The notes beneath the pieces were generated by a model. That model was not told the DNA's origin. It made no database searches and saw only the letters and a list, made by a program, of their open reading frames with translations. Shown here one piece after another: positions 50,501 to 63,850 of a DNA stretch of 64,000 nt (positions are counted from its first letter, which is position 1; every line of letters begins with the position of its first letter). The stretch is from positions 566,865-630,864 of the forward strand of contig NW_025766525.1 of assembly GCF_003918875.1 (NCBI RefSeq), given 5' to 3'. Both the position numbers and the translations under genes were made by a program. The DNA comes from Haliotis rubra. Taxonomy: Eukaryota.

Positions 50501-52050
50501 AGTAACGTTAAACTCTTTGCTGATGATACTTCCCTATACTTAGTAATTGAAGATCCGTTTCGGACACAGACATTGCTTAATAATGACCTTGAACGTATTT
50601 CAGACTGGGCTTCCAAGTGGCAGGTTAATTTCAACCCTGAAAAGACAGAAGCTATGTTATTCTCCAATGCAAGTCCGAAACTTCAATTAACACTTAATAA
50701 TACTGCGATTTCTGAAGTTTGTGAACATAAACATCTTGGTCTGATTATACAAGATGATGGAAAATGGCAGAATCATATTAATTATATACTAGCCAAAGCA
50801 AGTCCACTAATAAATTGTCTGAGAAGTTTGAAACACAGGCTAAACAGAATATCACTTGAAACTATGTATAAATCATATATTTTGCCTATATTTGACTACT
50901 GTGATACCATCTGGGATAACTGTACCAAGGAGCAGGCTCATCTGATAGAGAAGCTACATTTAGATGCCCTTAGGACTATTTCAGGTGCAGTGAGAGGCAC
51001 AAGTCATGATAAACTTTATGCTGAAACAGGATATTGTTCTTTAGTCGAAAGACGCCACTATCATAAATTATGTATGTTCTACAAAATGGTAAATGGGTTA
51101 ACACCACAATATCTCTCAATATGGGTACCACCAAATGTTTCTAATCAAAGCCTCTATAATTTGCTTAAACTCCGATAATCTCCAATGTAATGCAGGGCGT
51201 GTATCTTACTTTAATAATTCTTTTCTCCTATCTACTGTTAAGGCATGGAATTCGCTTGACATCAATATTAGAAATGTAGAATCATTATCAAAATTTAAGA
51301 AATGTATATCTTGTGACATGACATTATCCCCAACATTTAAGAATTATATATCGTATGGTCCCAGGCGAGGTCAAATTCTTCGCTGTCGTTTGCGCCTGGG
51401 CTGCAGTGATCTTAATTCTCACTTGTTTGATAGATATTTGTCAGACAGCCGAACCTGCTCCTGTGGGAACACTCGAGAAGATGCTTACCATTATTTCCTT
51501 CAGTGTCCTCTATATGATAGGTTTAGATTTAATAAATACTTCTTTCAAAATAATATAAGTTTACATGCTATTCTAAGCAGCGGTGAATCTTTGTCCCAGT
51601 ATGAAAACGAATTAATAATAAAATCGGTTTACAGTTTCTTAAATGATACCAACCGTTTTCCATGAAGTGTGGTACCATATGCTTTACTTAGTTTGAAATT
51701 ATTGAATTACTTATTTCCACAAATGTACTTATAAAATCATTCTCTGCAAGATTATGTTTAGGAGAAGCATTTACATAGGCTGATGCAGCCTGTTTGCTGA
51801 TCATTTTTCCTTTTTGTAACTTAATCATGTTTAATGTATATCACATGTCTTTCGGGAAATAAAAATACTGTTTAAATATGATCACCAGATTTAGAATATA
51901 TTCACTGTGATATTCCACGCTTGTAAGCTGTTATTTATCTTAATGATATAGCTATAGCTATTATATGTTATATTTTTATATTTTTTTTCTACATTGCAGT
52001 TAATGAAATAAAAAATAAAACTACTAAACTTTTCCAGGGTGGTTTTCTTT
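47505..52050 (+). mobile_element. Non-LTR retrotransposon (LINE, CR1/Jockey-like).
- Two tandem 5' monomers of about 610 bp (47505-48115 and 48118-48725).
- An ORF start carrying a 2A-like motif (LLIYCGDVHPNPGPD).
- APE endonuclease N-terminus (LSIIHLNIRSL...CLSETWL...RKDRPTRGGGV), followed by an internal deletion.
- RT domain (...NYRPVAL..., VRAVFCDISKAFDRVWH, LFADD).
- C-terminal CCHC-like motif (CSCGNTREDAYHYFLQCPLY).
   Basis: The motifs were read in ORFs 48954-49223, 49473-49802, 49870-50229, 50039-51178 and 51135-51665. Frameshifts are present. An AATAAA signal and an A-rich end lie near 52007-52050. Confidence 0.8.
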
Positions 52051-52639
52051 AATGAGTATTCACATCAAGAGTTCAGCCGTCTCCATGGAAACTGTTAGTT
52101 TTATAGCTTCTAGTTAATGGCAAACACAGAGTTTGGATAATAAAATGCTGTTGGTACAATTGATAGCAGAAGGCACACCAAGTTAAATATCTCGGTGGTT
52201 GCATGACGTTGATAGCAGAGGACACCAGGTGTCCAGCTTGGTTGCAGGTCATTGTCCCCTGGTACGTGTTATTGATCTTCAGTAACCCATGCTTGTAAGA
52301 GGTGACTAACAGGATCGGGTGGTCAGGCTCGCTGACTTGGTTGACACATGTCGTCGGTTCACAATTGCGCAGATTAATGCTCATGCTGTTGATCACTGGA
52401 TTGTCTGGTCCAGATTCGATTATTTACAGACCACCGCCATATATCTGGAATATTGCTGAGTGTGGCATTAAACAACCAACCAACCAACCAACCAATCCTC
52501 ATCTCAGTGTACCTCCACTACAGAACAAGTTAAAAAGTATCTTTCTCTTGAAATAGATTTTATTCCATGTTTTACAAAATGTACATTCAGAAAACATTTG
52601 TATTTACAATTTAGCCAGCTCTCAATCACATGCTGACTA

Positions 52640-53230
52640 TAGCCACATCATGTACACTCAACCACTGAATCATAGAATTGTTGATTCAGCACATTTAAGC
52701 ACTGAATCATTGATTCTGTACACTCGAACACTGAATCACTGATTCTGTACACTCGAACACTGAATCATTGAATCACTGAACCTGTACACGCGATCACTGA
52801 TTCTGTACACTCATACACTGAATAATTGAATCACTGATTTTGTACACTCAAACACTGAATCATTGAACCTGTACACGCGAACACTGAATCACTGATTCTG
52901 TACACTCGAACACTGAATCATTGATTCTGTACACTCATACACTGAATCATTGAATCACTGATTTTGTACACTCAAACACTGAATCATTGATTCTGTACAC
53001 TTGAACACTGAATCACTGATTTTGTACACTCAAACACTGAATCATTGATTCTGTACACTTGAACACTGATTCTGTTCACTCGAATACTGAATAACTGAAT
53101 TGCTGATTCTGCACATTTAAACACTGAATTGTTGAATAACTGATTTTGTAAAACTTAAAGACTGTATAGTTTAATCACTGATTCTGTACACTCATACACT
53201 GAATTGTTGAATCACTGACACCATATATTC
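52640..53230. repeat. Irregular tandem repeat of about 40 bp (ctgtacactcgaacactgaatcattgaatcactgatt...).
   Basis: Direct reading. It is degenerate. Confidence 0.7.
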
Positions 53231-53799
53231 TAACAGCTGAATCATTGAATCTCTGAGTTTCTGGATCTGATATCCTAGAACAGTGATGGTCACCACATTA
53301 GGTGACACAAGGGCATTAGATATCCATGGATGTACAAGTATGTCGGCACTTGTATCTTGCTACACGATGATACAGTGTCCTCACAGACTTCAAAACAAAA
53401 AGTGTGGCTCAGTCCAGAGAATGGCTGATCCTGGAGATACGTTTTGCAGTTTGCTGTGTAGAGCAGCACCCCTTTGGCATGCTGGATCCTATGATCCATG
53501 TTATGATCCATGTTATGATCCCTGGTAAGTCAACAGATTGAGGATGCTATACCACAGCAACAATCAGGTGATCTCGCACGTTTTCACCTGACTAGCAATG
53601 TCCTCCTTGCAAACCTGGAAACTCCAAGTTCCTGCCAGCTTCCAACGATATTATGGATATAACAGAGAAAGACCCAGGTGAAGGAACGGAACAGTGACTT
53701 ACATTCATGAGTGTACTTACATCAATTCATGTGTTATTAACCATTTTATGTACATCGCATCATTGGACAGTTTGCCTCATCCACAAGTATACACATTTC

Positions 53800-54870
53800 T
53801 TTCACAATATGATCTTACACATAGGTAGGTGTACCGTGTATACGTGTTGTGTATCACCTAGGTAGGTGTACCATGTATACGTGTTGTGTATCACATAGGT
53901 AGGTGTACCGTGTATACGTGTTGTGTATCACATAGGTAGGTGTACCGTGTATATGTTTTGTGTATCACATAGGTAGATGTACCGTGTATACATGTTGTGT
54001 ATCACATGCCGTGTATGACATAGGTAGGTGTACCGTGTATACGTGTTGTGTATCACATAGGTAGATGTACCATGTATACGTGTTGTGTATCACATAGGTA
54101 GATGTATCGTGTATACATGTTGTGTATCACATGCCGTGTATGACATAGGTAGGTGTACCGTGTATACGTGTTGTGTATCACATGCCATGTATCACATAGG
54201 TAGGTGTACCGTGTATACGTGTTGTGTATCACATAGGTAGATGTACCGTGTATATGTGTTGTGTATCACATGCCGTGTATCACATAGGTAGGTGTACCGT
54301 GTATACGTGTTGTGTATGACATGCCATGTATACTTGTTGTGTATCACATGCCGTGTATCACATGCCGTGTATACGTGTTGTGTATCACATGCCATGTATA
54401 CTTGTGTATCACATACCGCGTATCATATGCCGTGTATACGTGTTGTGTATCACATGCTGTGTATACATGTTGTGTATCACATGCTATGTATCACATAGGA
54501 AGGTGTACCGAGTATACGTGTTGTGTATCACATGCCGTGTATGACATAGGTAGGTGTACTGTGTATACGTGTTGTGTATCACATAGGTAGATGTACCGTG
54601 TATACGTGTTGTGTATCACATAGGAAGGTGTACTGTGTATACGTTGTTGTCACACTGCGTATGACACAGGTGTACGTTGTTGTGTATCACATAGGTAGAT
54701 GTACGGTATATGTGTTATTATGTATGTGTGTATCACATGCCGTGTATCACATAGGTAGATGACATAGGTATGTTGGTGTATCACATAGGTAGGTGTACCA
54801 TGTATACGTGTTGTGTATCACATAGGTAGATGTACCATGTATATGTGTTGTGTATCATATGCTGTGTATC
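53800..54870. repeat. 37-bp satellite (taggtaggtgtaccgtgtatacgtgttgtgtatcaca), about 28 degenerate copies.
   Basis: Direct reading. The Cys/Val-rich ORFs in this region are artefacts. Confidence 0.85.
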
Positions 54871-55345
54871 ATCATGTGTATCATGACACACAAGAAAGAC
54901 ATATTGCTTTGTGCTGTTCCCTCAATCCTCATGACGAGATTCTTCTTGGTTTAGTGAGACATGTGACCAGCTTTGAGAGCATGTTACAGGTAACCTGTTC
55001 ACAGTGAAACCTGGATAATCCAGACAGAAGCATCCCGAGTGATGTCATGTTTCCTGATCAACAAAATATAGTGTTACCCTTTGTCATTTATATGAACAAA
55101 AACCCAGAATGAATATATTTATAGATAAAACTAGAAAAAGGAAGAAGAAAAGAGCTCATCTGAAGGTGAATCGATTATGAAAAGTGGCATGGTTTCACTG
55201 TGAATGTTTGTGGTGGAACATCCTCCCACCGAGGACGAACACCTGGCAGAGGATGTCAGCCACGTGGAATGTTACATCTCACTTCCAAACACCATACTTT
55301 CAAGTCTTTATACTTGATGTATGTCATCAAATCATAAAGACATTT

Positions 55346-55673
55346 TCAGCTATCAAACTCAAGACCATCCAGTTCCTCCTTGAGCTCAGTGTTGACCTGT
55401 GTCTCGATGTTGGATGGCACAACATCCAGGCAGATGTCGTACTGCTGGTCAAGCCCAAGGTAGGAGTCACTCATCAGGTAGAGGGTGTAGATGACACGTC
55501 CCACCGTCTCCGGTGTGTACAGAGCAAGTTGGGCCTTGGAGCGACTCCGCACGTACCCCATCCGCTTGAGTGCGATGAGTTCCTTGGTCTCCACCTCGCC
55601 GACCACAAGAACCCAGCCTTCATCCTTGGGCTTCGGGAACCGTGGACTGTGCGCCTTGCTGTCATTCTTCTGA
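55346..55673 (-). CDS. ASCC3: Last coding exon of a Sec63-domain DExH helicase, ASCC3-like (KNDSKAHSPRFPKPKDEGWVLVVGEVETKELIALKRMGYVRSRSKAQLALYTPETVGRVIYTLYLMSDSYLGLDQQYDICLDVVPSNIETQVNTELKEELDGLEFDS*).
   Basis: The acceptor is ttccttcag| (minus strand) at 55674. The stop is TGA at 55346-55348. The RFPK.KDEGW...GEV...ELIALKR.GY...YTPE..GR.IYTLY.MSD.YLGLDQQYDI block strongly resembles the C-terminus of ASCC3, recalled from memory, and less closely that of Brr2/SNRNP200. Confidence 0.8.
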
Positions 55674-56209
55674 AGGAACAAATTATTGTCATGAATGAGT
55701 GAGTGAGACAGGTGTTATACACTGGAGCCATGGAACTGATCCATGGTCTTTGCTGTGACAAGCGTATGCTTTAACCATTTGGCTACTGCACTATCTTATT
55801 TGCTGTAAAGCATTTGATACTTTCATCTTGTGCACAAGCAGGCAGCAATATATCTGTGATGTGGCTCTGTAAGTGAATATGTTTGGACTAGAGCAAAGTG
55901 AAAGTGAAACTATAAGCAGCATAGGCAATGACAACCTGACACAGACAAGACCCAGAGCCTGACTATTGATGCCCAGTCAGTTGTTACCACATGCAGGAGA
56001 CCTGACTACATCAAGGTTAGAATTGGTCTTCGGGAACCCTTCTTTGAGTGCCATTTAGAAGCTGGTAGGATGAAAGGAACAATGTCTAATGGATTGACCT
56101 ATCCTTCATGTATATATTCTCATTCTCGCTAACAACCAAATGGACTTTACTAAATGCAAGCTCACCGAAGCCATTCACATCAAACGCCAAAGACCAGCAT
56201 CAACCGTGA

Positions 56210-57640
56210 CCAAGGATACTTCATTCCATCCGCTTATGATGCACATCTCCACCAAGCCCAATCTATTGTATGAACATCTCCACCAAACCCAATCTATTGT
56301 ATGAACATCTCCACCAAGCCCAATCTATTGTATGAACATCTCCACCAAGCCCAATCTATTGTATGAACATCTCCACCAAACCCAATTTATTGTATGAACA
56401 TCTCCACCAAGCCCAATCTATTGTATGAACATCTCCACCAAACCCAATTTATTGTATGAACATCTCCACCAAGCCCAATCTATTGTATGAACAACTCCAC
56501 CAAGCCCAATCTATTGTATGAACATCTCCACCAAGCCCAATGTATTGTATGAACATCTCCACCAAGCCCAATCTATTGTATGAAGATCTCCACCAAGCCC
56601 AATCTATTGTATGAACATCTCCACCAAGCCCAATTTATTGTATGAACATCACCAAGCCCAATCTATTGTATGAACATCTCCACCAAGCCCAATCTATTGT
56701 ATGCACATCTCCACCAAGCCCAATCTATTGTATGAACATCTCCACCAAGCCCAATCTATTGTATGAACATCACCAAGCCCAATCTATTGTATGAACATCT
56801 CCACCAAGCCCAATCTATTGTATTAACATCTCCACCAAGCCCAATCTATTGTATGCACATCTCCACCAAGCCCAATCTATTGTATGAACATCTCCACCAA
56901 GCCCAATCTATTGTATGAACATCACCAAGGCCAATGTATTGTATGAACATCTCCACCAAGCCCAATCTATTGTATGAACATCTCAACCAAGCCCAATCTA
57001 TTGTATGAACATCTCCACCAAGGCCAATCTATTGTATGAACATCTCCACCAAGCCCAATCTACTGTATGAACAACTCCACCAAGCCCAATCTATTGTATT
57101 AACATCTCCACCAAGCCCAATCTATTGTATGAACATCACCAAGCCCAATCTATTGTATGAAGATCTCCACCAAGCCCAATCTATTGTATGCACATCTCCA
57201 CCAAGCCCAATCTATTGCATGAACATCTCCACCAAGCCCAATCTATTGTATGAACATCTCCACCAAGCCCAATCTATTGTGTGCACATCTCCACCAAACC
57301 CAATCTATTGTATTAACATCTCCACCAAGCCCAATCTATTGTATGAAGATCTCCACCAAGCCCAATCTATTGTATGAACATCTCCACCAAGCCCAATCTA
57401 TTGTATTAACATCTCCACCAAGCCCAATCTATTGTATGAACATCTCCACCAAGCCCAATCTATTGTATGAACATCTCCACCAAGCCCAATCTATTGTATG
57501 AACATCTCCACCAAGCCCAATCTATTGTGTGCACATCTCCACCAAGCCCAATCTATTGTATGAACATCTCCACCAAGCCCAATCTATTGTATGAACATCT
57601 CCACCATGCCCAATCTATTGTATGAACATCTCCTCCTCCT
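56210..57640. repeat. 31-bp satellite (catctccaccaagcccaatctattgtatgaa), about 46 copies, in the last intron of the helicase gene.
   Basis: Periodic ORFs of 31 aa show the frame cycling expected of a 31-bp unit. Confidence 0.9.
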
Positions 57641-58370
57641 TTAACTACTCCTTTATTTGTACATCTCTGGCTTCCAGGCCCTACCCTTTGTGTACTCACT
57701 GGCTTCCAGGCCCTACCCTTTGTGTACTCACTGGCTTCCAGGCCCTACCCTTTGTGTACATCTCTTGCTTCCAGGCCCTACCCTTTGTGTACATCTCTGG
57801 CTTCCAGGCCCTACCCTTTGTGTACATCTCTTGCTTCCAGGCCCCACCCTTTTGTGTACCCCTTGTGCACTCACTGGCTTCCAGGCCCTACCCTTTGTGT
57901 ACTCACTGGCTTCCAGGCCCCTACCCTACCCTTGTGTACATCTCTGGCTTCCAGGCCCTACCCTTTGTGTACTCACTGGCTTCCAGGCCCTACCCTTTGT
58001 GTACATCTCTGGCTTCCAGGCCCTACCCTTTGTGTACATCTCTGGCTTCCAGGCCCTACCCTTTGTGTACTCACTGGCTTCCAGGCCCTACCCTTTGTGT
58101 GTACTCTCTGGCTTCCAGGCCCTACCCCTTGTGTACTCACTGGCTTCCAGGCACCCTTTGTGTACTCACTGGCTTCCAGGCCCTACCCTTTGTGTACTCA
58201 CTGGCTTCCAGGCCCTACCCTTAGTGTACTCACTGGCTTCCAGGCCCTACCCTTTGTGTACTCACTGGCTTCCAGGCCCTACCCTTTGTGTACTCACTGG
58301 CTTCCAGGCCCTACCCTTTGTGTACTCACTGGCTTCCAGGCCCTACCCTTTGTGTACTCACTGGCTTCAT
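57640..58370. repeat. 33-bp satellite (cactggcttccaggccctaccctttgtgtactc), about 22 copies.
   Basis: Direct reading. Confidence 0.85.
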
Positions 58371-59039
58371 CAGCTTACTGCTTAGCCAGTTGTGTCAATT
58401 ATGTTGTCTCATTGTTACATTATAAGTTGTTCACTGGTCACGAGGGGGGCATGGGTCGATGAACCCTCAACGTTTGAATATGTTCCCTAAGCCCGAAGGA
58501 CCAGTGAACAACGTATTTATCTTACCGAACACCTTAATGTTAATTTTGAATTGTTTGAAGCACCGGTACAAAACTTATTGTAGCCATCGCTAGATTTTGC
58601 TGACAAGAAAAACAGATTTAGAGTTATCTCCCTTCCATCCATTTCCATTCGCAAAACATGATTATTTTCCGTACATCATATGTGATTCAATGTTTTTCAA
58701 GATAAAGAATTGCTACCACGAAGTACCAAATGAGTTGCCATTGACAGCGGGTACATTGAAATGTTACTCGCTTGTAAGCGGGGTACATTGAAAATAATAG
58801 AAGAGCGCTAAGCCAATCAGAAAGCGACATTTATGTGTGAGGTAAGATAATCAGTAATGGTAAGATAATCAGTAATGGTAAGATAGACTGAAATGTCCTA
58901 TCTATTGCAATAAAGAAGTTGTCTGTCCATAAAAAATCATTCCTATTCAGTGAGCCTTGCTTGCAGTTAGGAGTGATTGGCTGGGCAGGTTTGTTGTCTT
59001 GGTTGAAACATGCCATCATATCCCAGTTGCACGGATCGA

Positions 59040-59215
59040 TGCTTGAGGACCTTGACGGTCTGGTCAAGACTTGATGCTTGAGGACCTTGACGGTCTGGTC
59101 AAGACTTGATGCTTGAGGACCTTGACAGTCTGGTCAAGACTTGATGCTTGAGGACCTTGACGGTCTGTTCAAGACTTGATGCTTGAGGACCTTGACGGGC
59201 TGGTCAAGACTTGAT
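59040..59215. repeat. 35-bp x 5 tandem repeat (gatgcttgaggaccttgacggtctggtcaagactt).
   Basis: Direct reading. Confidence 0.85.
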
Positions 59216-59349
59216 TATTTACAGACTGCCATCATACAGCTGGAATATTGCAAAGTGTGACAGTAACAAAAGACAACTGCACATATTTGACATCTTGGAT
59301 GTCCATGCCATCACTGTACATGAGGGTTACTGGTACTACACAACTCACC

Positions 59350-59440
59350 CGGGTCTTGTTGACTCTGGCCAGTTCGACCTGAAGGACATATTCCTGGTCA
59401 GCATGGACCTTGATCCAGTCCGAGTCTTGCCGCCGCCCAC
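59350..59440 (-). CDS. ASCC3: Penultimate exon of the helicase gene (G-GRRQDSDWIKVHADQEYVLQVELARVNKTR). The donor is cgg|gtgagt.
   Basis: The acceptor is ctgctatag| (minus strand). WI.LHADQEYVLQV.L.RV matches the ASCC3 segment just upstream of PRFPKSKDEGW. The phase-0 exit matches the last exon. Confidence 0.75.
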
Positions 59441-59452
59441 CTATAGCAGGTA

Positions 59453-59565
<113 letters not shown>

Positions 59566-59642
59566 TGGCAGAGACATTCTTGTTAGCTTTGTTGCAGCAG
59601 GTACAAGGAACAGTTGTCTTTAATGAATGAAAAAAGTCCTAC

Positions 59643-59757
59643 CTGTAACGGATAGATTGACCAATCTCTCCTCCTGCTTGCCCTTTGACCCTTCCCAGAA
59701 TCCCTTGACTGTGATGGAGACACTGATTTGAGGCAGACGACTCAATACCAGGTACAC
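59643..59757 (-). CDS. ASCC3: Helicase exon (VYLVLSRLPQISVSITVKGFWEGSKGKQEERLVNLSVT + g).
   Basis: The acceptor is ggcttcag| and the donor is acaG|gtagga (minus strand). At 115 nt, entry is in phase 0 and exit in phase 1, matching the neighbouring exons. The sequence matches the ASCC3 segment ...LSHLPVINVGISVKGSW... by pattern. Confidence 0.7.
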
Positions 59758-59929
59758 CTGAAGCCAAACATTATAATTATATCTTCTGACCATCTTTCAT
59801 TTTAATTCTAAAATGATCAGCAGTTGTTGTTTTACTGATAATAAATGTAGAAATATGATATTATGACCTTTTTACGTAAAAAATCTCCAAAAATGACAAT
59901 ACTCTCTGTTAGTATAACCATACATGATA

Positions 59930-60240
59930 TGTGTCAGTTTGTCCCTTACACAAGCTGGCTTGCCCAGCATCATCCTGCTACATCATGGCAGACACAGTGT
60001 CAGCTCACCTGATCCAGCACCATCCTGCTACATCATGGCAGACACAGTGTCAGCTAACTTGCCCAGCACCCATCCCTAGCATCATGGCAGACACAGTGTC
60101 AGCTAGCTCTGCCCAGCACCATCCTGCTACATCATGGCAGACACAGTGTCAGCTAGCTTGCCCAGCATCATCCTGCTTGCACCAGCACCATCCTGCTACA
60201 TCATGGCAGACACAGTGTCAGCTCACCTGATCAATCTCCG
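59930..60240. repeat. 59-bp x about 5 tandem repeat (ccagcaccatcctgctacatcatggcagacacagtgtcagctcacctgat...). The last copy overlaps the donor end of the helicase exon 60227-60376.
   Basis: Direct reading. Each unit carries a copy of the gtcagctcacctgatc sequence, which is the reverse complement of the exon-end/donor sequence gatcag|gtgagctgac. Confidence 0.8.
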
Positions 60241-60376
60241 TTTGGTTCATCTCACCACTCAACATGGCAGCCAGGGCCTCAAACTTCCCATCACAAACTG
60301 CCACAAGCTCTGGGAGAGTCTCGATTGGTCCTCGCAGCTCCGGGAAACCTTTCTGTCTGGCACCTCCCCCTCGGGG
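60227..60376 (-). CDS. ASCC3: Helicase exon (g-PRGGGARQKGFPELRGPIETLPELVAVCDGKFEALAAMLSGEMNQTEIDQ).
   Basis: The acceptor is tgtgtttag| and the donor is gatcag|gtgagc (minus strand). At 150 nt, entry is in phase 2 and exit in phase 0, consistent with the flanking exons. An ETLPEL...GK block follows the second Sec63 domain in ASCC3, recalled from memory. Confidence 0.65.
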
Positions 60377-60403
60377 CCTAAACACATGAACACACCTTGT
60401 ATG

Positions 60404-63240
60404 TCACTTCATTTCATCGGACATATTGAACAATGGCACTGTATGTACCTGACACATGGAATGATGGGACTGTATGTACCTGACATATGGAATGATGGGA
60501 CTGTATGTACCTGACACAAGGAATGATGGGACTGTATGTACCTGACACAAGGAATGATGGGACTGTATGTACCTGACATATGGAATGATGGGACTGTATG
60601 TGCCTGACACATTGAATGATGGGACTGTATGTGCCTGACACATGGAATGATGGGACTGTATGTACCTGACACATGGAATGATGGGACTGTATGTACCTGA
60701 CACATGGAATGATGGGACTGTATGTACCTGACACATGGAATGATGGGACTGTATGTACCCACAAGGAATGACACAAGGAATGATGGGACTGTATGTACCT
60801 GACACAATGGAATGATGGGACTGTATGTACCTGACACATGGAATGATGGGACTGTATGTACCTGACACATGGAATGATGGGACTGTATGTACCTGACACA
60901 AGGAATGATGGGACTGTATGTACCTGACACATGGAATGATGGGACTGTATGTACCTGACACAAGGAATGATGGGACTGTATGTACCTGACACATGGAATG
61001 ATGGGACTGTATGTACCTGACACAAGGAATGATGGGACTGTATGTACCTGACACATGGAATGATGGGACTGTATGTACCTGACACATGGAATGATGGGAC
61101 TGTATGTACCTGACACAAGGAATGATGGGACTGTATGTACCTGACACATGGAATGATGGGACTGTATGTACCTGACACATGGAATGATGGGACTGTATGT
61201 ACCTGACACAAGGAATGATGGGACTGTATGTGCCTGACACAAGGAATGATGGGACTGTATGTACCTGACACATGGAATGATGGACTGTATGTACCTGACA
61301 CAAGGAATGATGGGACTGTATGTACCTGACACAAGGAATGATGGGACTGTATGTACCTGACACCTGACACAAGGAATGATGGGACTGTATGTACCTGACA
61401 CAAGGAATGATGGGACTGTATGTACCTGACACATGGAATGATGGGACTGTATGTACCTGACACATGGAATGATGGGACCGTATGTACCTGACACATCTGA
61501 ATGATGGGACTGAATGACACATGGAATGATGGACTGTATGTGCCTGACACATGGAATGATGGGACTGTATGCAAACCTGACACAAGGAATGATGGATGTG
61601 CCTGACACATGGAATGATGGGACTGTATGTACCTGACACATGGAATGATGGGACTGTATGTACCTGACACATGGAATGGAATGATGGACTGTATGTACCT
61701 GGACACAAGGAATGATGGACTGTATGTGCCTGACACATGGAATGATGGGACTGTATGTACCTGACACAAGGAATGATGGGACTGTATGTACCTGGACACA
61801 AGGAATGATGGACTGTATGTACCTGACACAAGGAATGATGGGACTGTATGTACCTGACACAAGGAATGATGGGACTGTATGTACCTGACACAAGGAAATG
61901 ATGGGACTGTATGTACCTGTACAAGGAATGATGGGACTGTATGTACCTGACACAAGGAATGATGGGACTGTATGTACCTGACACATGGAATGATGGGACT
62001 GTATGTACCTGACACAAGGAATGATGGGACTGTATGTACCTGACACAAGGAATGATGGGACTGTATGTACCTGACACAAGGAATGATGGGACTGTATGTA
62101 CCTGACACATGGAATGATGGACTGTATGTACCTGACACAAGGAATGATGGGACTGTATGTACCTGACACAAGGAATGATGGGACTGTATGTACCTGACAG
62201 AAGGAATGATGGGACTGTATGTACCTGACACATGAAATGATGGGACTGTATGTACCTGACACATGGAATGATGGGACTGTATGTACCTGACACAAGGAAT
62301 GATGGGACTGTATGTACCTGACATATGGAATGATGGGACTGTATGTACCTGACATATGGAATGATGGGACTGTATGTACCTGACACATGGAATGATGGGA
62401 CTGAATGTACCTGACACAAGGAATGATGCGACTGTATGTGCCTGACAGAAGGAATGATGGGACTGTATGTGCCTGACACAAGGAATGATGGGACTGTATG
62501 TACCTGACATATGGAATGATGAGACTGTATGTACCTGACACATGGAATGATGAGACTGTATGTACCTGACACATGGAATGATGGGACTGTATGTCCCTGA
62601 CACATGGAATGATGGGAATGTATGTACCTGACACATGGAATGATGTATGGACTGTACTGATGTACCTGACACATGGAATGATGGGATGCACCCGACACAT
62701 GGAATGATGGGACTGTATGTACCTGACACAAGTAATGGTGGGACTGTATGTACCTGACACAAGGAATGATGGGACTGTATGTACCTGACACATGGAATGA
62801 TGGGACTGTATGCACCTGACACATGGAATGATGGGACTGTATGTACCTGACACATGGAATGATGGGACTGTATGTGCCTGACACAAGGAATGATGGGACT
62901 GTATGTACCAGACACATGGAATGATGGGACTGTATGTACCTGACACAAGGAATGATGGGACTGTATGTGCCAGACACATGGAATGATGGGACTGTATGTA
63001 CCTGACACATGGAATGATGGGACTGTATGTACCTGACACAAGGAATGATGGGACTGTATGTACCTGACACATGGAATGATGGGACTGTATGTACCTGACA
63101 CATGGAATGATGGGACTGTATGTACCTGACACAAGGAATGATGGGACTGTATGTACCTGACACATGGAATGATGGGACTGTATGTACCTGACACATGGAA
63201 TGATGGGACTGTATGTACCTGACACAAGGAATGACAGGAC
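60404..63240. repeat. 31-bp satellite (cctgacacatggaatgatgggactgtatgta, with acatgg/acaagg variants). About 90 copies fill a helicase intron.
   Basis: The 31-aa periodic spurious ORFs of up to about 1000 aa on the minus strand are artefacts. The unit is unrelated in sequence to the other 31-bp satellite at 56210-57640. Confidence 0.9.
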
Positions 63241-63249
63241 TGTATGTAC

Positions 63250-63401
63250 CTGAAACAGTACACGTGGTAGGGCATGATGTTAGGGAGAGTGAGAAGGGTG
63301 GAGTCCTCAAGCCATCGACCTTGCACCACCATCTGTATCAACTGAATCACCCGCAGTGATGTTGCCAACCAGCCCTGGTCTGCCGACACATCCAACATGG
63401 C
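63250..63401 (-). CDS. ASCC3: Helicase exon in the Sec63 domain (AMLDVSADQGWLATSLRVIQLIQMVVQGRWLEDSTLLTLPNIMPYHVYCF + ag).
   Basis: The acceptor is ccttcacag| and the donor is tttcAG|gtacat (minus strand). The phase-2 exit completes codon R with the first g of exon 60376. The GWL...L.QM..QGRW......LLTLPNI motif is typical of the Brr2/ASCC3 Sec63 domain. Confidence 0.75.
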
Positions 63402-63850
63402 CTGTGAAGGGAGGTGAAACAAAGTGAAAGCTGTAACTCTTGTAAGGTGGACAGCTTCAAAAACATTGCAAACAAAGAATTATTTTGCCATCTAGGGCAG
63501 GAACAAGTCCAAATTTTACAACCTAGAGTGCCATCCCAATCTTACCTGTATCTCTTAGGTCTCTAGAGCTGGGTACACAATGTCTCATTGGGTATAGTTT
63601 CACAACCGCCCTTGCAAAAAGCGTTTTAGACACACATGCAAAACACTGATCCTACACTGAAGTTGACATAAGATATATTTAATTTAAATTGATGAAGGTT
63701 GAAGGAATGTGTGCACATTCAGAAAGTCGAAGCCCTAAGGCATCCACAACACTGTATGTGACTAACAAACAAGGACAGAGACACTGGTGACAGAGTTGTC
63801 TCCCTTGTACTGTTTGAGAACATCTGAAACGATTGATGAGGGGACCCACC

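Noticed and set aside
53283-53528. An 81-aa plus-strand ORF ending at a ctgGTAAGT donor-like site.
   Set aside because: There is no supporting acceptor, homology or phase partner, so it cannot be distinguished from a chance ORF.
55184-55702. A 172-aa plus-strand ORF.
   Set aside because: It is antisense to the well-supported terminal exon of the ASCC3-like helicase on the minus strand. It has no domain signal of its own.
60404-63422. ORFs of about 1000 aa on the minus strand (SGTYSPIIPCVRYIQSHHSMCQVHTVPSFHV periodicity).
   Set aside because: This is a 31-bp satellite with frames cycling every three units. Only the first about 50 codons (63250-63401) belong to a genuine helicase exon.
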